Positions 19,999 through 29,937 are shown, counted from the first letter of the stretch. The stretch: 64,000 nucleotides of DNA from a bacterium (GCA_963675755.2 CAXXMD010000002.1:928001-992000), one strand, 5' to 3'. Made by a program: numbers and translations. Notes: a model not told the origin generated them from the sequence alone.

Positions 19999-20781
19999 TT
20001 ACATTCCCATAAAATACATGATTATATTCTTGCCCAACAACAATTGCACGGCAATAATAAATACCAGAACATAAATTATCTTTGTAAATAATTCCTGAGG
20101 TATTTTGTTATTTAGCCAAACACCCAACTTTACGCCAAAGGGTATAAAAACAATAAACAACAATCCGGTTTTAAAGGACTGCCAGGTTATCAAATCTATT
20201 ACCAGATAACCGGGTACTTTGAGTAAATTGACAACCGCAAAGAATAAAGCCATGGTAGCAACAAAAGTACGCTTGGGTAAATTTTGCGGTAGCAAGAACA
20301 TGGTAATAACAACACCGGCAGAATGAGCAATAGCAGAAAGAAAACCGGCAAGCATACCCGCTAAAAGTCCATGCCACCATTTAGGTTGGTATTGAGATTG
20401 ATTCCCTATACGTGAACGCAGTGTCTGCAATATCAAAAATCCAATGGCAACAAATCCAATGGTTCTTTTTAATTCAACATCAGAGATTACATCAACAAAC
20501 ATGGTGCCCAGGATAATACCAAAAACAGCACCGGGTATTAATCGTTTCAGATTTTTCAAATCCCATTCGCCGCGATAATGATATATGGTAAACCAATCCG
20601 CAATGATCAACAGGGGTAATAAAAAACCAACGACCAGCTTTGCGGGGAAAACCATGCTCAACAGAGGTGTGGTAACAAGTCCAACGCCACCGCCAAAACC
20701 TGCTTTAGACATTCCAACAAGAATCACAGCAAGTGCAGGCAATAATATACATATATACAAAGGATAATCACAAGTTAGCAT
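19999..20781 (-). CDS. TauE/SafE-family permease
   Basis: SKAGFGGG, AHSAG, FVAT...NLLK; multiple TM helices. Confidence 0.85.
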   Translation of the reverse strand: MLTCDYPLYICILLPALAVILVGMSKAGFGGGVGLVTTPLLSMVFPAKLVVGFLLPLLIIADWFTIYHYRGEWDLKNLKRLIPGAVFGIILGTMFVDVISDVELKRTIGFVAIGFLILQTLRSRIGNQSQYQPKWWHGLLAGMLAGFLSAIAHSAGVVITMFLLPQNLPKRTFVATMALFFAVVNLLKVPGYLVIDLITWQSFKTGLLFIVFIPFGVKLGVWLNNKIPQELFTKIIYVLVFIIAVQLLLGKNIIMYFMGM

Positions 20782-20794
20782 AAATCCCGGTCTC

Positions 20795-20977
20795 CTACAA
20801 AGAACGTAAAAATCGCATTAAAAGTTGTATCAAAGGCCAGGCAAAAATCAAAACCAGCAAAATAGCAACCCACTTGACTACAGATTTTTGTTTGGGTATT
20901 TCGTATTGACATATAGGACAAACGTCATTAGAATCATCAATATCAACTCCGCATGACGGGCACTCTCTCATTGCCAT
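20795..20977 (-). CDS. Small zinc-ribbon membrane protein
   Basis: CPSC...CPIC plus a C-terminal TM helix; ATG at 20977 after AAGGAG. Confidence 0.75.
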   Translation of the reverse strand: MAMRECPSCGVDIDDSNDVCPICQYEIPKQKSVVKWVAILLVLIFAWPLIQLLMRFLRSL

Positions 20978-21099
20978 ATAAACTCCTTGATAGAAAAAGT
21001 TTAACATACATAATTTGCGTGTAAATCTCAAGATAAAAGTCCTTACAAGATGTTTGTTCAAGAATTAACAAACAAGAAATATGAAAAACATATCAAGTG

Positions 21100-21128
21100 T
21101 TGACAATTGAGTAACAATTCTTTATATT
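21100..21128 (+). promoter_or_regulatory. Sigma70-type promoter of the aminopeptidase gene
   Basis: TTGACA-17 nt-TATATT, 33 nt before the ATG. Confidence 0.7.
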
Positions 21129-21161
21129 GGCAACGCAACAAAACAAAACCCGAGGAAACGT

Positions 21162-22277
21162 ATGAAAGATCCAAGATTCGACAAACTGGCAGATGTAATT
21201 GTAAATCATTCAACCCGATTAAAAAAGGGTGAAAAAATACTAATTGAAGCTATAGATATACCCGCTGAAATGGTAGTATCACTTGTTAGAAAAGTCAAAG
21301 ATGCAGGCGGCGAACCTTTTGTTTCGATAAAACAAAACAAGGTTCTGCGAGAATTATACAGCCAGGGCACTGACGTTTCATTGCAATTAACGGGTGAACT
21401 GGAAGCGGAACGCATGAGCAAAATGCAGGCTTATGTGGGCTTGCGAGGTTCACACAACATTGCTGAAATGTCTGATGTACCTGCTGATAAAATGAAACTC
21501 TATCAAAAATACTGGTGGGAACCGGTACATATCAACATTCGTGTTCCCAAAACCAAATGGGTTGTATTGCGCTGGCCCTCCTCTTCTATGGCTCAACAGG
21601 CAAATATGAGCAGTGAAACGTTTGAAGAATTTTATTTCAACGTTTGCACACTCGATTATGGTAAAATGTCAAAAGCCATGGACGCTCTTGTTACCAGAAT
21701 GGAAAAAACAGACAAGGTACACATTAAAGGTCCCGGTACAGATTTAACATTTTCCATCAAAGATATTCCGGCAATCAAATGTGCAGGTGAACATAATGTT
21801 CCGGATGGTGAAGTCTTTACAGCTCCAGTCAAAGATTCTGTCAATGGCACCCTGTCATACACAGCAAAGACCATCTACCAGGGTGTAGCGCATGAAAATA
21901 TAGTTCTTGAATTCAAAGATGGCAAAATCGTAAAAGCAACTTCAGACAAAACCGATATCCTCAACAAAGTTCTGGATACGGATGAAGGCGCAAGATACAT
22001 TGGTGAATTTGCTTTGGGTGTAAATCCATTTATAACCCAACCCATGCTGGATATTTTATTTGATGAAAAAATCGGTGGTTCATTTCATTTTACACCGGGT
22101 GCGGCTTATGACGAATCCGATAACGGTAACCGATCAAACGTCCATTGGGATATGGTTTGTATTCAAACTCCTGAATACGGAGGTGGCGAAATTTATTTCG
22201 ACGGAGAGCTGATACGAAAAGACGGTTTGTTTACAACAAACGATCTAAAACCACTAAATCCTGAAAATTTGAAATAG
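21162..22277 (+). CDS. M29 aminopeptidase (AmpT/AmpS/PepS family)
   Basis: NVPDGEVFTAP, GEFALG, LFDEKIGGSFH, SNVHWD. Confidence 0.92.
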   Translation: MKDPRFDKLADVIVNHSTRLKKGEKILIEAIDIPAEMVVSLVRKVKDAGGEPFVSIKQNKVLRELYSQGTDVSLQLTGELEAERMSKMQAYVGLRGSHNIAEMSDVPADKMKLYQKYWWEPVHINIRVPKTKWVVLRWPSSSMAQQANMSSETFEEFYFNVCTLDYGKMSKAMDALVTRMEKTDKVHIKGPGTDLTFSIKDIPAIKCAGEHNVPDGEVFTAPVKDSVNGTLSYTAKTIYQGVAHENIVLEFKDGKIVKATSDKTDILNKVLDTDEGARYIGEFALGVNPFITQPMLDILFDEKIGGSFHFTPGAAYDESDNGNRSNVHWDMVCIQTPEYGGGEIYFDGELIRKDGLFTTNDLKPLNPENLK

Positions 22278-22281
22278 TATC

Positions 22282-22309
22282 AAGCCCGAGTCTTTCTCGG
22301 GCTTTTTTT
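22282..22309 (+). terminator. Intrinsic terminator
   Basis: AAGCCCGAG-tcttt-CTCGGGCTT followed by a T run. Confidence 0.85.
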
Positions 22310-22403
22310 ATCTGATTATTTTTTATTATGAAAAATATAAAACACATAATAATTGCAACACCAAACAAACGTTTTACGAATTCCAACGAAACAAGGAAAC
22401 ATA

Positions 22404-23447
22404 ATGGCTTTATCATCCGAATATAACCACATATTGAATTATTTCATTCAAGGAGAACTTTTCAAAGCAAGAGAAGAACTGGAATCTCTTGTTAAAGCAC
22501 AACCAGACAATACAACATTTCTCCTTTTACTTGGCAGGTGTAACCTTGCTTTAAAAAACATTAAAGAAGCTGAAAAAATATATAAAAATCTGGCTTTAAG
22601 CACTGATCCTCAATACATAACAGAAAAAAGTGAAGCTGACCTCATTCTGGGTAACCCTGAACAAAGCCTCAAACAATTAGAAACGCATCTCTCACAAAAT
22701 TCTGGTTCTTCAGAAGCATTTTTCATTGCAGCACTTGCAGCTTATAAAACGGGTAACATTGTCAAATCTGATGAAATGATGAGACAAGCCGTCAGCATGG
22801 GATTAGAATGGGAAGATGAACTCCCCATAAACATTGTTGTTGAAAACATGTTAACTCTGATAGAATTTCATGATTTTGAAAATATCTATCTTGACGTTTG
22901 CGAAGAGATTGATGAAGGAAACGACAGTCCCAATAATCGCTGGTTCGCTCTCAATATGCCAATTTACGATTATTTTACAGCACCCAAAGACCAGGAACAA
23001 AAATCATTTAATCTATTGGGACATATTGATCCCGTGGCGTCTCCGGATGTTCTTTCGAATGGCAATGAAAAATTAAAAGTGATACTTGAAGATCTTGCAG
23101 CCAGCCAAACCGATGCCCGTTTTGGTCTTGAAGCAATGAAATTACTGGAAGAAAACAATGAAAAAGAACTGGCTAAACTTATTCTAGCGATGCTTCTTGA
23201 TCACCTGGGACAATTTAGCCAGTATTTCGGATTAAGTAATGAATTTATAAAAAAATCACAATTACAAAACCTGGTGACTGTATTACCGTACAGAATTGCT
23301 ATAATTATCATGGTATTATATACAACAACCAATCCAATAGAGTCCATGCAATATATGACTGAAAAAGAAACCAATAATACAATCATTAATGGCTTGTTAG
23401 CAGCTTGTTTGACATCATTCTATCAGGAAATAAAAAAGTATCAATAA
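22404..23447 (+). CDS. TPR-containing hypothetical cytoplasmic protein
   Basis: N-terminal TPR-like helices; ATG at 22404 after AAGGA. Confidence 0.7.
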   Translation: MALSSEYNHILNYFIQGELFKAREELESLVKAQPDNTTFLLLLGRCNLALKNIKEAEKIYKNLALSTDPQYITEKSEADLILGNPEQSLKQLETHLSQNSGSSEAFFIAALAAYKTGNIVKSDEMMRQAVSMGLEWEDELPINIVVENMLTLIEFHDFENIYLDVCEEIDEGNDSPNNRWFALNMPIYDYFTAPKDQEQKSFNLLGHIDPVASPDVLSNGNEKLKVILEDLAASQTDARFGLEAMKLLEENNEKELAKLILAMLLDHLGQFSQYFGLSNEFIKKSQLQNLVTVLPYRIAIIIMVLYTTTNPIESMQYMTEKETNNTIINGLLAACLTSFYQEIKKYQ

Positions 23448-23491
23448 TTGTACTCTTAACTCATTCACTATTATTAAAGAGGAGGTTGGAT

Positions 23492-25042
23492 ATGCTGGCC
23501 GAATTTCGTAATGAACCATATTGTGATTTCAATAAAGAGGAAATACGAAAAGCGCAGCAGGATGCTCTTGCGTTAGTAAAATCAAAGTTTGATAAAGAGT
23601 ATCCCCTCTACATCAATGGTCAAGATGTAAAAAGCGACAAAACATTCAAGAGTTACAATCCGTCACAAAAAGATCAGGTTGTTGGCACATTCTACAAAGC
23701 CGGTATTAAAGAAGTAGACATGGCCATGGAAGCAGCATTAACTGCGTTTGACAAATGGAAACGGGTAGCCCCCAAAGAACGGGCAATTGTGCTATTAAAA
23801 GCAGCCCAGATCATGCGTAAACGTAAATTCGAAGTCAATGCCTGGATGGTTTATGAAACCGGAAAGAACTGGCTGGAAGCAGAAGCAGATACCTCAGAAG
23901 CCATTGACTTTATGGATTTTTACGCCCGGGAAATGATCCGTTGGAGTGAGATCAAGGGCGTTCTCCCCTTTCCAAATGAAGTACCCCAGTTGAGTTATAT
24001 TCCTCTGGGTGTTGGGGCTGTAATTCCCCCATGGAACTTTCCTATGGCAATTTTAACAGGTATGACAACTGCCGCAATTGTAGCCGGTAATACAGTTTTA
24101 TTAAAACCTGCAAGCGATTCCCCTGCAATTGGCTACTTGTTGGTTGAAATCATGAAAGAAGCCGGATTGCCCGAAGGTGTTCTCAATTTCATTCCGGGTA
24201 GTGGAAGTGAAATCGGGGACTATATTGTAGAACATCCCAAAACACGATTCATTAGTTTTACAGGTTCCAAAGAAGTCGGGCTTCGTATCAATGAATTGGC
24301 ATCAAAATTATCGCCGGGACAAATCTGGGTAAAACGAGTAATTGCGGAAATGGGTGGTAAAGATACAATTGTAGTAGACAGTGAAGCAGATCTTGAAGAT
24401 GCAGCCACAAACATTGTAGCATCAGCATTCGGTTTTCAGGGTCAAAAATGTTCAGCATGTTCAAGAGCAATACTTGTTGAAGATATATACGACAAGGTTG
24501 TAAATCTGGTTGTTGAAAAAACAAAGAAATTAACCGTTGGTAATGTTGAAGATTTTAAAAACTATATGGGTCCGGTAGTCAATAAAGCATCTGAAGAAAA
24601 AATCCTTTCATATATCGAGTTGGGTAAAAAAGAACATACATTATTAACAGGTGGGAAAAAGATATCTGATGAAGGATATTTTATAGAGCCTACTGTATTC
24701 AAAGATGTTGAACCTGGCAGCCGTATTGATCAGGAAGAGATCTTTGGTCCTGTATTGGCTATTCTTAAAGCAAAATCATTTGATGATGCTATTCAATTGG
24801 CAAACAGTACCGAATTCGGATTAACCGGAGCTGTGTATACGAAAAACCGTTATAAAATTGAAAAAGCAAAATCAGAATTCTTTGTGGGTAATCTCTATAT
24901 CAATAGAAAATGTACCGGAGCAATGGTTGCAGCTCATCCTTTTGGTGGTTTTAACATGAGCGGTACAGATTCCAAAGCAGGTGGATTTGATTATCTGGGT
25001 CTCTTTATGCAGGCCAAATCTGTTTGTGAAAAATTGATTTAA
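23492..25042 (+). CDS. pruA: Delta-1-pyrroline-5-carboxylate dehydrogenase (RocA/PruA type)
   Basis: FRNEP, PPWNFP, FTGSKEVG, EMGGKD, FQGQKCSACS, EEIFGP, PFGGFNMSGTDSKAGG; ATG at 23492 after GGAGG. Confidence 0.93.
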   Translation: MLAEFRNEPYCDFNKEEIRKAQQDALALVKSKFDKEYPLYINGQDVKSDKTFKSYNPSQKDQVVGTFYKAGIKEVDMAMEAALTAFDKWKRVAPKERAIVLLKAAQIMRKRKFEVNAWMVYETGKNWLEAEADTSEAIDFMDFYAREMIRWSEIKGVLPFPNEVPQLSYIPLGVGAVIPPWNFPMAILTGMTTAAIVAGNTVLLKPASDSPAIGYLLVEIMKEAGLPEGVLNFIPGSGSEIGDYIVEHPKTRFISFTGSKEVGLRINELASKLSPGQIWVKRVIAEMGGKDTIVVDSEADLEDAATNIVASAFGFQGQKCSACSRAILVEDIYDKVVNLVVEKTKKLTVGNVEDFKNYMGPVVNKASEEKILSYIELGKKEHTLLTGGKKISDEGYFIEPTVFKDVEPGSRIDQEEIFGPVLAILKAKSFDDAIQLANSTEFGLTGAVYTKNRYKIEKAKSEFFVGNLYINRKCTGAMVAAHPFGGFNMSGTDSKAGGFDYLGLFMQAKSVCEKLI

Positions 25043-25047
25043 TCATA

Positions 25048-25085
25048 AAGGCCCTGGACAAATTATCCAGGGCCTTGTTTATTTT
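25048..25085 (+). terminator. Intrinsic terminator after pruA
   Basis: AAGGCCCTGGA...TCCAGGGCCTT followed by a T-rich tail. Confidence 0.8.
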
Positions 25086-25215
25086 ATGACACAATGTGCA
25101 ACAATTATTCACAGGTATGAGGCATTTTCATACCATTCATTCTTCCCTCCATCTCACATACCTTCATAACTTTAATAAAATCAATAAATATTTATTTTTC
25201 ATTACTCAACACATT

Positions 25216-25231
25216 TGGCATATATTTTGTA
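25216..25231 (+). promoter_or_regulatory. Putative sigma54 -24/-12 promoter
   Basis: TGGCATATATTTTGTA has the TGGCAC-N5-TTGC spacing, with GT in place of GC. Confidence 0.5.
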
Positions 25232-25266
25232 TTAGATTATTATAACAAGTAGTAGGAGTTGGGGAA

Positions 25267-25662
25267 ATGAATAATAATATTTTATTTATTACAGTATTGA
25301 TGATTTTTGTCTTTTGCAGCATGAATGGATTTGCAAAAGATAAAGAGTCTAATGTTACGGTTCAAATTACTCAAGAGAATAAAAATCCGTTTTTTATTCT
25401 GGAAAAAAATGAACAAAACCCATTTGAACAAAGGGTTTTGCGTTTTACTCTGTTAAAACCTGAATCTGTAACATTATGTATTTTTGATCTCAAGGGGAAC
25501 AAGGTTAACACACTTGTAGCTGCGGAATTGGAACCAGGAACACATGATTTTCTTTGGGATGGAAATGATAATCAGGGAAATCCAGTCAAGAGCGGTGTTT
25601 ATCGGTATTGCTTAAAAACCAGAGAAATTGAAGAATCGCATATAATAGCTTTTTTACGCTAA
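25267..25662 (+). CDS. Small secreted protein consisting almost entirely of a FlgD-Ig/T9SS-type C-terminal domain
   Basis: Signal peptide; NxxNPF...IFDLKGNKVNTLV...WDGNDNQGNPVKSGVY. Confidence 0.8.
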   Translation: MNNNILFITVLMIFVFCSMNGFAKDKESNVTVQITQENKNPFFILEKNEQNPFEQRVLRFTLLKPESVTLCIFDLKGNKVNTLVAAELEPGTHDFLWDGNDNQGNPVKSGVYRYCLKTREIEESHIIAFLR

Positions 25663-26358
25663 TAAACTGAGATACGTTAACAGATCATCCATTGATCCTT
25701 CCCTGTCAGGTTTAAATTTGCTTTTACCTTTATTCTTTTGAAAATTGGTAACCAGAAAAGTACGTATCCCTGCTTTTTGTGCTGCCAGGTCATCTATATG
25801 ATCATTGCCAATCATCAAACATTCACCGGGCTTACAATTAATCTTTTTCAAAATTTCGTCAAAGTAACTCTTGTGTGGCTTTGAACTGTGCATTTCATCA
25901 ATACCGGTAATCAGGTCAAAATCAAAATCTGTAATCCCCCCTTTTTCAAGCCTTATATTAATAGCAATCTTGGGGAAAATGGGTACTGTTGCTACAACAA
26001 TTTTTTCAGCAATCTCAGCAGCTTTATGCAAACAGTCAATTGCACCGGGCACAGGTTTAATAACATCTATGGATCTATATTCATTATCATAATATTCTAA
26101 AAATAATTTATGCATTTCATCCGGCTCTAATCCTGTATAGTTTTTCAATTCATTATAAAACACATCAATTAAAACCGTATTGGAATTTTTCATCTTGAAT
26201 AATGGACGACTGGATTTGTATATAGCATCAATAAAATTTACATTTTTACAATAGGGTTGAATTCTGGGGGCAAGTGATTTGAAATATGCATCCAAAAAGC
26301 TTTGCATATCATTTTCTATAAGCGTATCATCCAGATCAAAAAGTATGGCGCGAAACAT
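25654..26358 (-). CDS. HAD-family hydrolase
   Basis: FDLDDTL, SKP and MIGND...D motifs. Confidence 0.88.
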   Translation of the reverse strand: MFRAILFDLDDTLIENDMQSFLDAYFKSLAPRIQPYCKNVNFIDAIYKSSRPLFKMKNSNTVLIDVFYNELKNYTGLEPDEMHKLFLEYYDNEYRSIDVIKPVPGAIDCLHKAAEIAEKIVVATVPIFPKIAINIRLEKGGITDFDFDLITGIDEMHSSKPHKSYFDEILKKINCKPGECLMIGNDHIDDLAAQKAGIRTFLVTNFQKNKGKSKFKPDREGSMDDLLTYLSLLA

Positions 26359-26457
26359 TATACATCCTATAATATATTAACAGTTACAACATTTTATAAT
26401 ATAGGCAAAATTAGGGACAATACATAATAATTTAAAACTGGTAGGAAAATACAAGGA

Positions 26458-27045
26458 TTATGGTTTGATCACTTCTACCCAATAAAGATCAGGATGCTCA
26501 TCTATTCCTGTACATTCAAATCCACCAAGAGTCAACATGTCTTTCAGTTGTTTTGAATGAGGCAAAACATCGTGACTGACTACCCCCTCTAGAGATGCAT
26601 GCATCTTGTTTAATTTGCGACTACAGCTTGTATGTAATACAAGCATTTTACCGCCCTTTTTCAAAACTCTGTACAGTTCATGTATTGCTTTAATCGGAGT
26701 AGGGATATGCGGAAACACAGAGAAACATACAATCTTGTCTGCAGATTCTGGTTGAAAGGGTAATGCCATAACATCAGAACAAGTATAATCGCAATTATCA
26801 GAATGAATATGTTGACGCGCTATTTTAAGCATATTATCAGATATATCTTCAGCAACCACTCTCCCCTTTTTACCAACCAAAGGATAAAGATGTTGAGTTA
26901 AACGACCTGTTCCGGCGCCAATATCCAAAACATAATCCCCATTATTAATTCCAAACTTGTTCATATAGTTAAAAAGTTCGTCATTGGGTTTCGCGATATT
27001 GTCCCAGCGAGTAGCAATTGAATTAAAATATTCACGATGAGTCAT
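26458..27045 (-). CDS. Class I SAM-dependent methyltransferase (UbiE-like fold)
   Basis: VLDIGAGTG, DISDNML, RVLKKGG; ATG at 27045 overlaps the upstream stop (ATGA). Confidence 0.88.
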   Translation of the reverse strand: MTHREYFNSIATRWDNIAKPNDELFNYMNKFGINNGDYVLDIGAGTGRLTQHLYPLVGKKGRVVAEDISDNMLKIARQHIHSDNCDYTCSDVMALPFQPESADKIVCFSVFPHIPTPIKAIHELYRVLKKGGKMLVLHTSCSRKLNKMHASLEGVVSHDVLPHSKQLKDMLTLGGFECTGIDEHPDLYWVEVIKP

Positions 27046-27557
27046 GATCGATTTCTCCAAACCGTTTCATGTTTAATACGCTGCAAAACAATGGTTACAA
27101 AAAATAAAATAGAAACAATTCCCGGAAGACCTTTTAACAAATATGCTATTGTTGCTAAACCCGGAGGAAGACCAAGCATCTTGGCAAGGGGTACAACAGC
27201 CAGAAACAAAGAAAATCGGGAAGCAACAAACGCCAGCAATAAAACCCAAAACACACCCAACCGGGTATACTTGTAAACCAATCCACCTGCTAGAGTTAAT
27301 GTGAACAATTCAATGATCATAATATAAATTATGGGTGGAGAAATTGGAGGCATTCCGGTTAAGAGAAATGATAACAAAGGTGTTAACACACCTACACCCA
27401 ATGCAAAATAAAGTGGTAAAAAAAACAAGGAAGCAGCTACAGGCCAAAACATGGGTAAAAAGATATTGCCAATGCCTGCTGCATGAAAAACAATCGGAAA
27501 CAAAACACCAAGCGCAATAAACATTGCGCTCAGTGTTAAATATCTGGAATGTGACAT
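27042..27557 (-). CDS. ECF transporter S component
   Basis: 171 aa, very hydrophobic; ALGVLFPIVFH..IFLPM, TPLLSFLLTGMPP, GLPGI. Confidence 0.75.
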   Translation of the reverse strand: MSHSRYLTLSAMFIALGVLFPIVFHAAGIGNIFLPMFWPVAASLFFLPLYFALGVGVLTPLLSFLLTGMPPISPPIIYIMIIELFTLTLAGGLVYKYTRLGVFWVLLLAFVASRFSLFLAVVPLAKMLGLPPGLATIAYLLKGLPGIVSILFFVTIVLQRIKHETVWRNRS

Positions 27558-27559
27558 AC

Positions 27560-29407
27560 CTAGATTCCTACATTCATATCAAACATCAAAGTTCTACCGG
27601 GCATGGGATAGCCATAAATAGTCTGGTATTCCGCATCCAGTAAATTTCTGGCAGATACTTTGAAACTGATAAAAGGTATAGGAGGATTAATCAAAGCGGA
27701 TACATGTAAAAGTGTATAATCTTCCATGGGAGTTAAACGATTATCACTTCCATATATATCCATTGCGTGTACAACGGTTGCTGATAAACTCGTAAATGGC
27801 AATGCATAAGATGCAGTTGCTGATAATTTTTTACCAGGTGTTTCGCGAGTTTCATCACCCAAATCGAGTTTAGCCCAATTGGTAGTAATATGCAATTTTT
27901 CAATAGGCAACCATTTAACAGAAATTTCGTAGCCGGAATGGGTAAATTCACCGGAATTTGTAAAGCTTGGGCCGGTTTGTCCCATAACGGTTCTAATCAT
28001 ATTTTCGCCTTCTGAACGAAATAAACTTGCTTCTACATTTAAACTATTGCCAAGATCCTGACCAACACCAACTTCATAGTTCCACATACGTTCAGGATCA
28101 AGTTCTTCGTTTCTGGGTGGAAATACATAAAGTTCACGGATTGCAGGGCTTCTAAATCCTTTTGCTGCTGACATTCTTAATGATGAATGGGTAAAAGGAC
28201 GAATCACCAAACCTACTTTGGGTAACATTTCCTGGCCATATAATTCATGATTTTCCATACGAACACCGGCAGATGCTATAATATTTTGAATAATCATTTG
28301 CTGAGTATGAATATAGGGTGCCCATTCTGAGATTGAATGTTCAGAATAATCAATATATCCAACCTGCCCTAACGATTCTTCAGCATCACCACCGTATTGT
28401 TTCACATCAAAACCAACAGTGGTCATATTGCCGGTAAAGGGTTCAATGTTGTGATAAAACATTACACCAATGGTTTCATCATTTGAACGCCATCCATCAT
28501 AGATTTTATGCTTGCCAAAATTTCCATGAAGTTTTAAAAAGGATTCACCCAGAGTGCTTTTGTGATCAATGGTTAAATCAGCACCCGAGCGTTTTAAATC
28601 ATACCAGTGATCTGTAAAGGGACTTTGTTCAGTACCGGGATCAAACATGTAAATATTTGAAAGGTTGGCATTAAAAGCAATATTTGTAGATTTTAATACC
28701 TGATAACTTGCATGAGCAGTATAAAAATCGCCTTCATATCCTGAATAATCACGATGTCCATCATTACTGCGAGTAGCAGCGGTTACATAATATTCAAAAC
28801 CACCAAACTTTCCGCCATGAAATCCAGACAATTTTTGAATTCCATAGTTCCCCATACCACCGGATATACGAGAAGTAAAACCATCTTTTTTAACTTTGCT
28901 GGATACAATATTAATGACTCCACCCATTGCATTGGTTCCGTACAAAAAGGAAGCCGGGCCACGAACAACTTCAACACGCTCTACGCCATCCAAAGAATAA
29001 GCATCAGGTATAGGGTGCCCCATCATACCCATGATATCGGGACGGCCATCTCTCAGAACCAATACACCGGTTACCGGAGAACCGCCAACACCACGGATAC
29101 TGATCCCTCCTGCTGCTCCTGAAGCAACTCCATATCCCATGATGTTCTTTTCAGTAATGTGCACACCAGGGGCCTGTTCACTTACCAACTCGAGAACAGA
29201 GTTTGTTGTTGCATGATCAATAGCAGCCTGATCAATAACTGTTATGCTGGATGCAATCTCTTTTTGTGGACCTTGAAATTTTGTTGCGGTTACAACGACA
29301 GGATTAAAAACATACTTTACAGAATCTTTAGTACCTACTGTATTTTCAGCGAATATATTAAATGATAAAATAAAAAGGGTCAATACTACTATTGTAGTTT
29401 TTTTCAA
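27560..29407 (-). CDS. TonB-dependent outer-membrane receptor
   Basis: Signal peptide, TonB box VVVTAT, ERVEVVRGPASFLYGTNAMGGVINI, C-terminal NLLD..Y...PGRT. Confidence 0.93.
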   Translation of the reverse strand: MKKTTIVVLTLFILSFNIFAENTVGTKDSVKYVFNPVVVTATKFQGPQKEIASSITVIDQAAIDHATTNSVLELVSEQAPGVHITEKNIMGYGVASGAAGGISIRGVGGSPVTGVLVLRDGRPDIMGMMGHPIPDAYSLDGVERVEVVRGPASFLYGTNAMGGVINIVSSKVKKDGFTSRISGGMGNYGIQKLSGFHGGKFGGFEYYVTAATRSNDGHRDYSGYEGDFYTAHASYQVLKSTNIAFNANLSNIYMFDPGTEQSPFTDHWYDLKRSGADLTIDHKSTLGESFLKLHGNFGKHKIYDGWRSNDETIGVMFYHNIEPFTGNMTTVGFDVKQYGGDAEESLGQVGYIDYSEHSISEWAPYIHTQQMIIQNIIASAGVRMENHELYGQEMLPKVGLVIRPFTHSSLRMSAAKGFRSPAIRELYVFPPRNEELDPERMWNYEVGVGQDLGNSLNVEASLFRSEGENMIRTVMGQTGPSFTNSGEFTHSGYEISVKWLPIEKLHITTNWAKLDLGDETRETPGKKLSATASYALPFTSLSATVVHAMDIYGSDNRLTPMEDYTLLHVSALINPPIPFISFKVSARNLLDAEYQTIYGYPMPGRTLMFDMNVGI

Positions 29408-29431
29408 TCTGTTTTCCTCCGCGTTAGTGGA

Positions 29432-29851
29432 TTATTTTAAATTTTTACCTGTTGTGGTAGTAACCAGTTTTCCATGGATTACTCCCTTCATGCCGATGAT
29501 GGTATCGGCAATTTTACGGACGTCTCTGGCCTTACCTCTTACTGCGGATACTTCTAAACAATGATCATGATCAAGGTGGACATGCATGGTTGATATAATT
29601 TGATGATGATGGTGGTGTTCTTTTTCGGTTTTCTTTTGATCAATCTGCAGATTGTGATGATTATATATAATTGTAATGGTACCAATGGTGTCCTGCTCTT
29701 CATCTTCCCATTCACTTTTAACCAAAGAATCACGAATAAGATCACGGATAGCTTCTGAACGGTTCGCGTAACCTTTTTGTTCTATCAAGCTATCAAATTT
29801 TTTCAACAAGTCATTATCTAATGATACACCGAATCGGCTGAGGCTGCTCAT
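29432..29851 (-). CDS. nikR: Nickel-responsive regulator NikR
   Basis: Ribbon-helix-helix [17 protein letters not shown]; Ni site [12 protein letters not shown]. Confidence 0.95.
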   Translation of the reverse strand: MSSLSRFGVSLDNDLLKKFDSLIEQKGYANRSEAIRDLIRDSLVKSEWEDEEQDTIGTITIIYNHHNLQIDQKKTEKEHHHHHQIISTMHVHLDHDHCLEVSAVRGKARDVRKIADTIIGMKGVIHGKLVTTTTGKNLK

Positions 29852-29865
29852 ATCATTCCACCTTC

Positions 29866-29892
29866 GTGTTACGTTTTACAAAATAATAACAC
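29866..29892. promoter_or_regulatory. Putative NikR operator
   Basis: Dyad GTGTTA-N15-TAACAC ending 14 nt upstream of the nikR ATG. Confidence 0.75.
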
Positions 29893-29937
29893 CAACTATT
29901 AAAATCAACACTTTTTTTAAATTGATTATTTCATTTT

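Noticed and set aside
25114-25134. GTATGA...TCATAC as an E. coli-type NikR site
   Set aside because: The spacer is 7 bp rather than about 16 bp; kept only as a possible activator site
29408-29431. Cobalamin riboswitch before the BtuB-like receptor
   Set aside because: Only 24 bp separate nikR from the receptor, leaving no room
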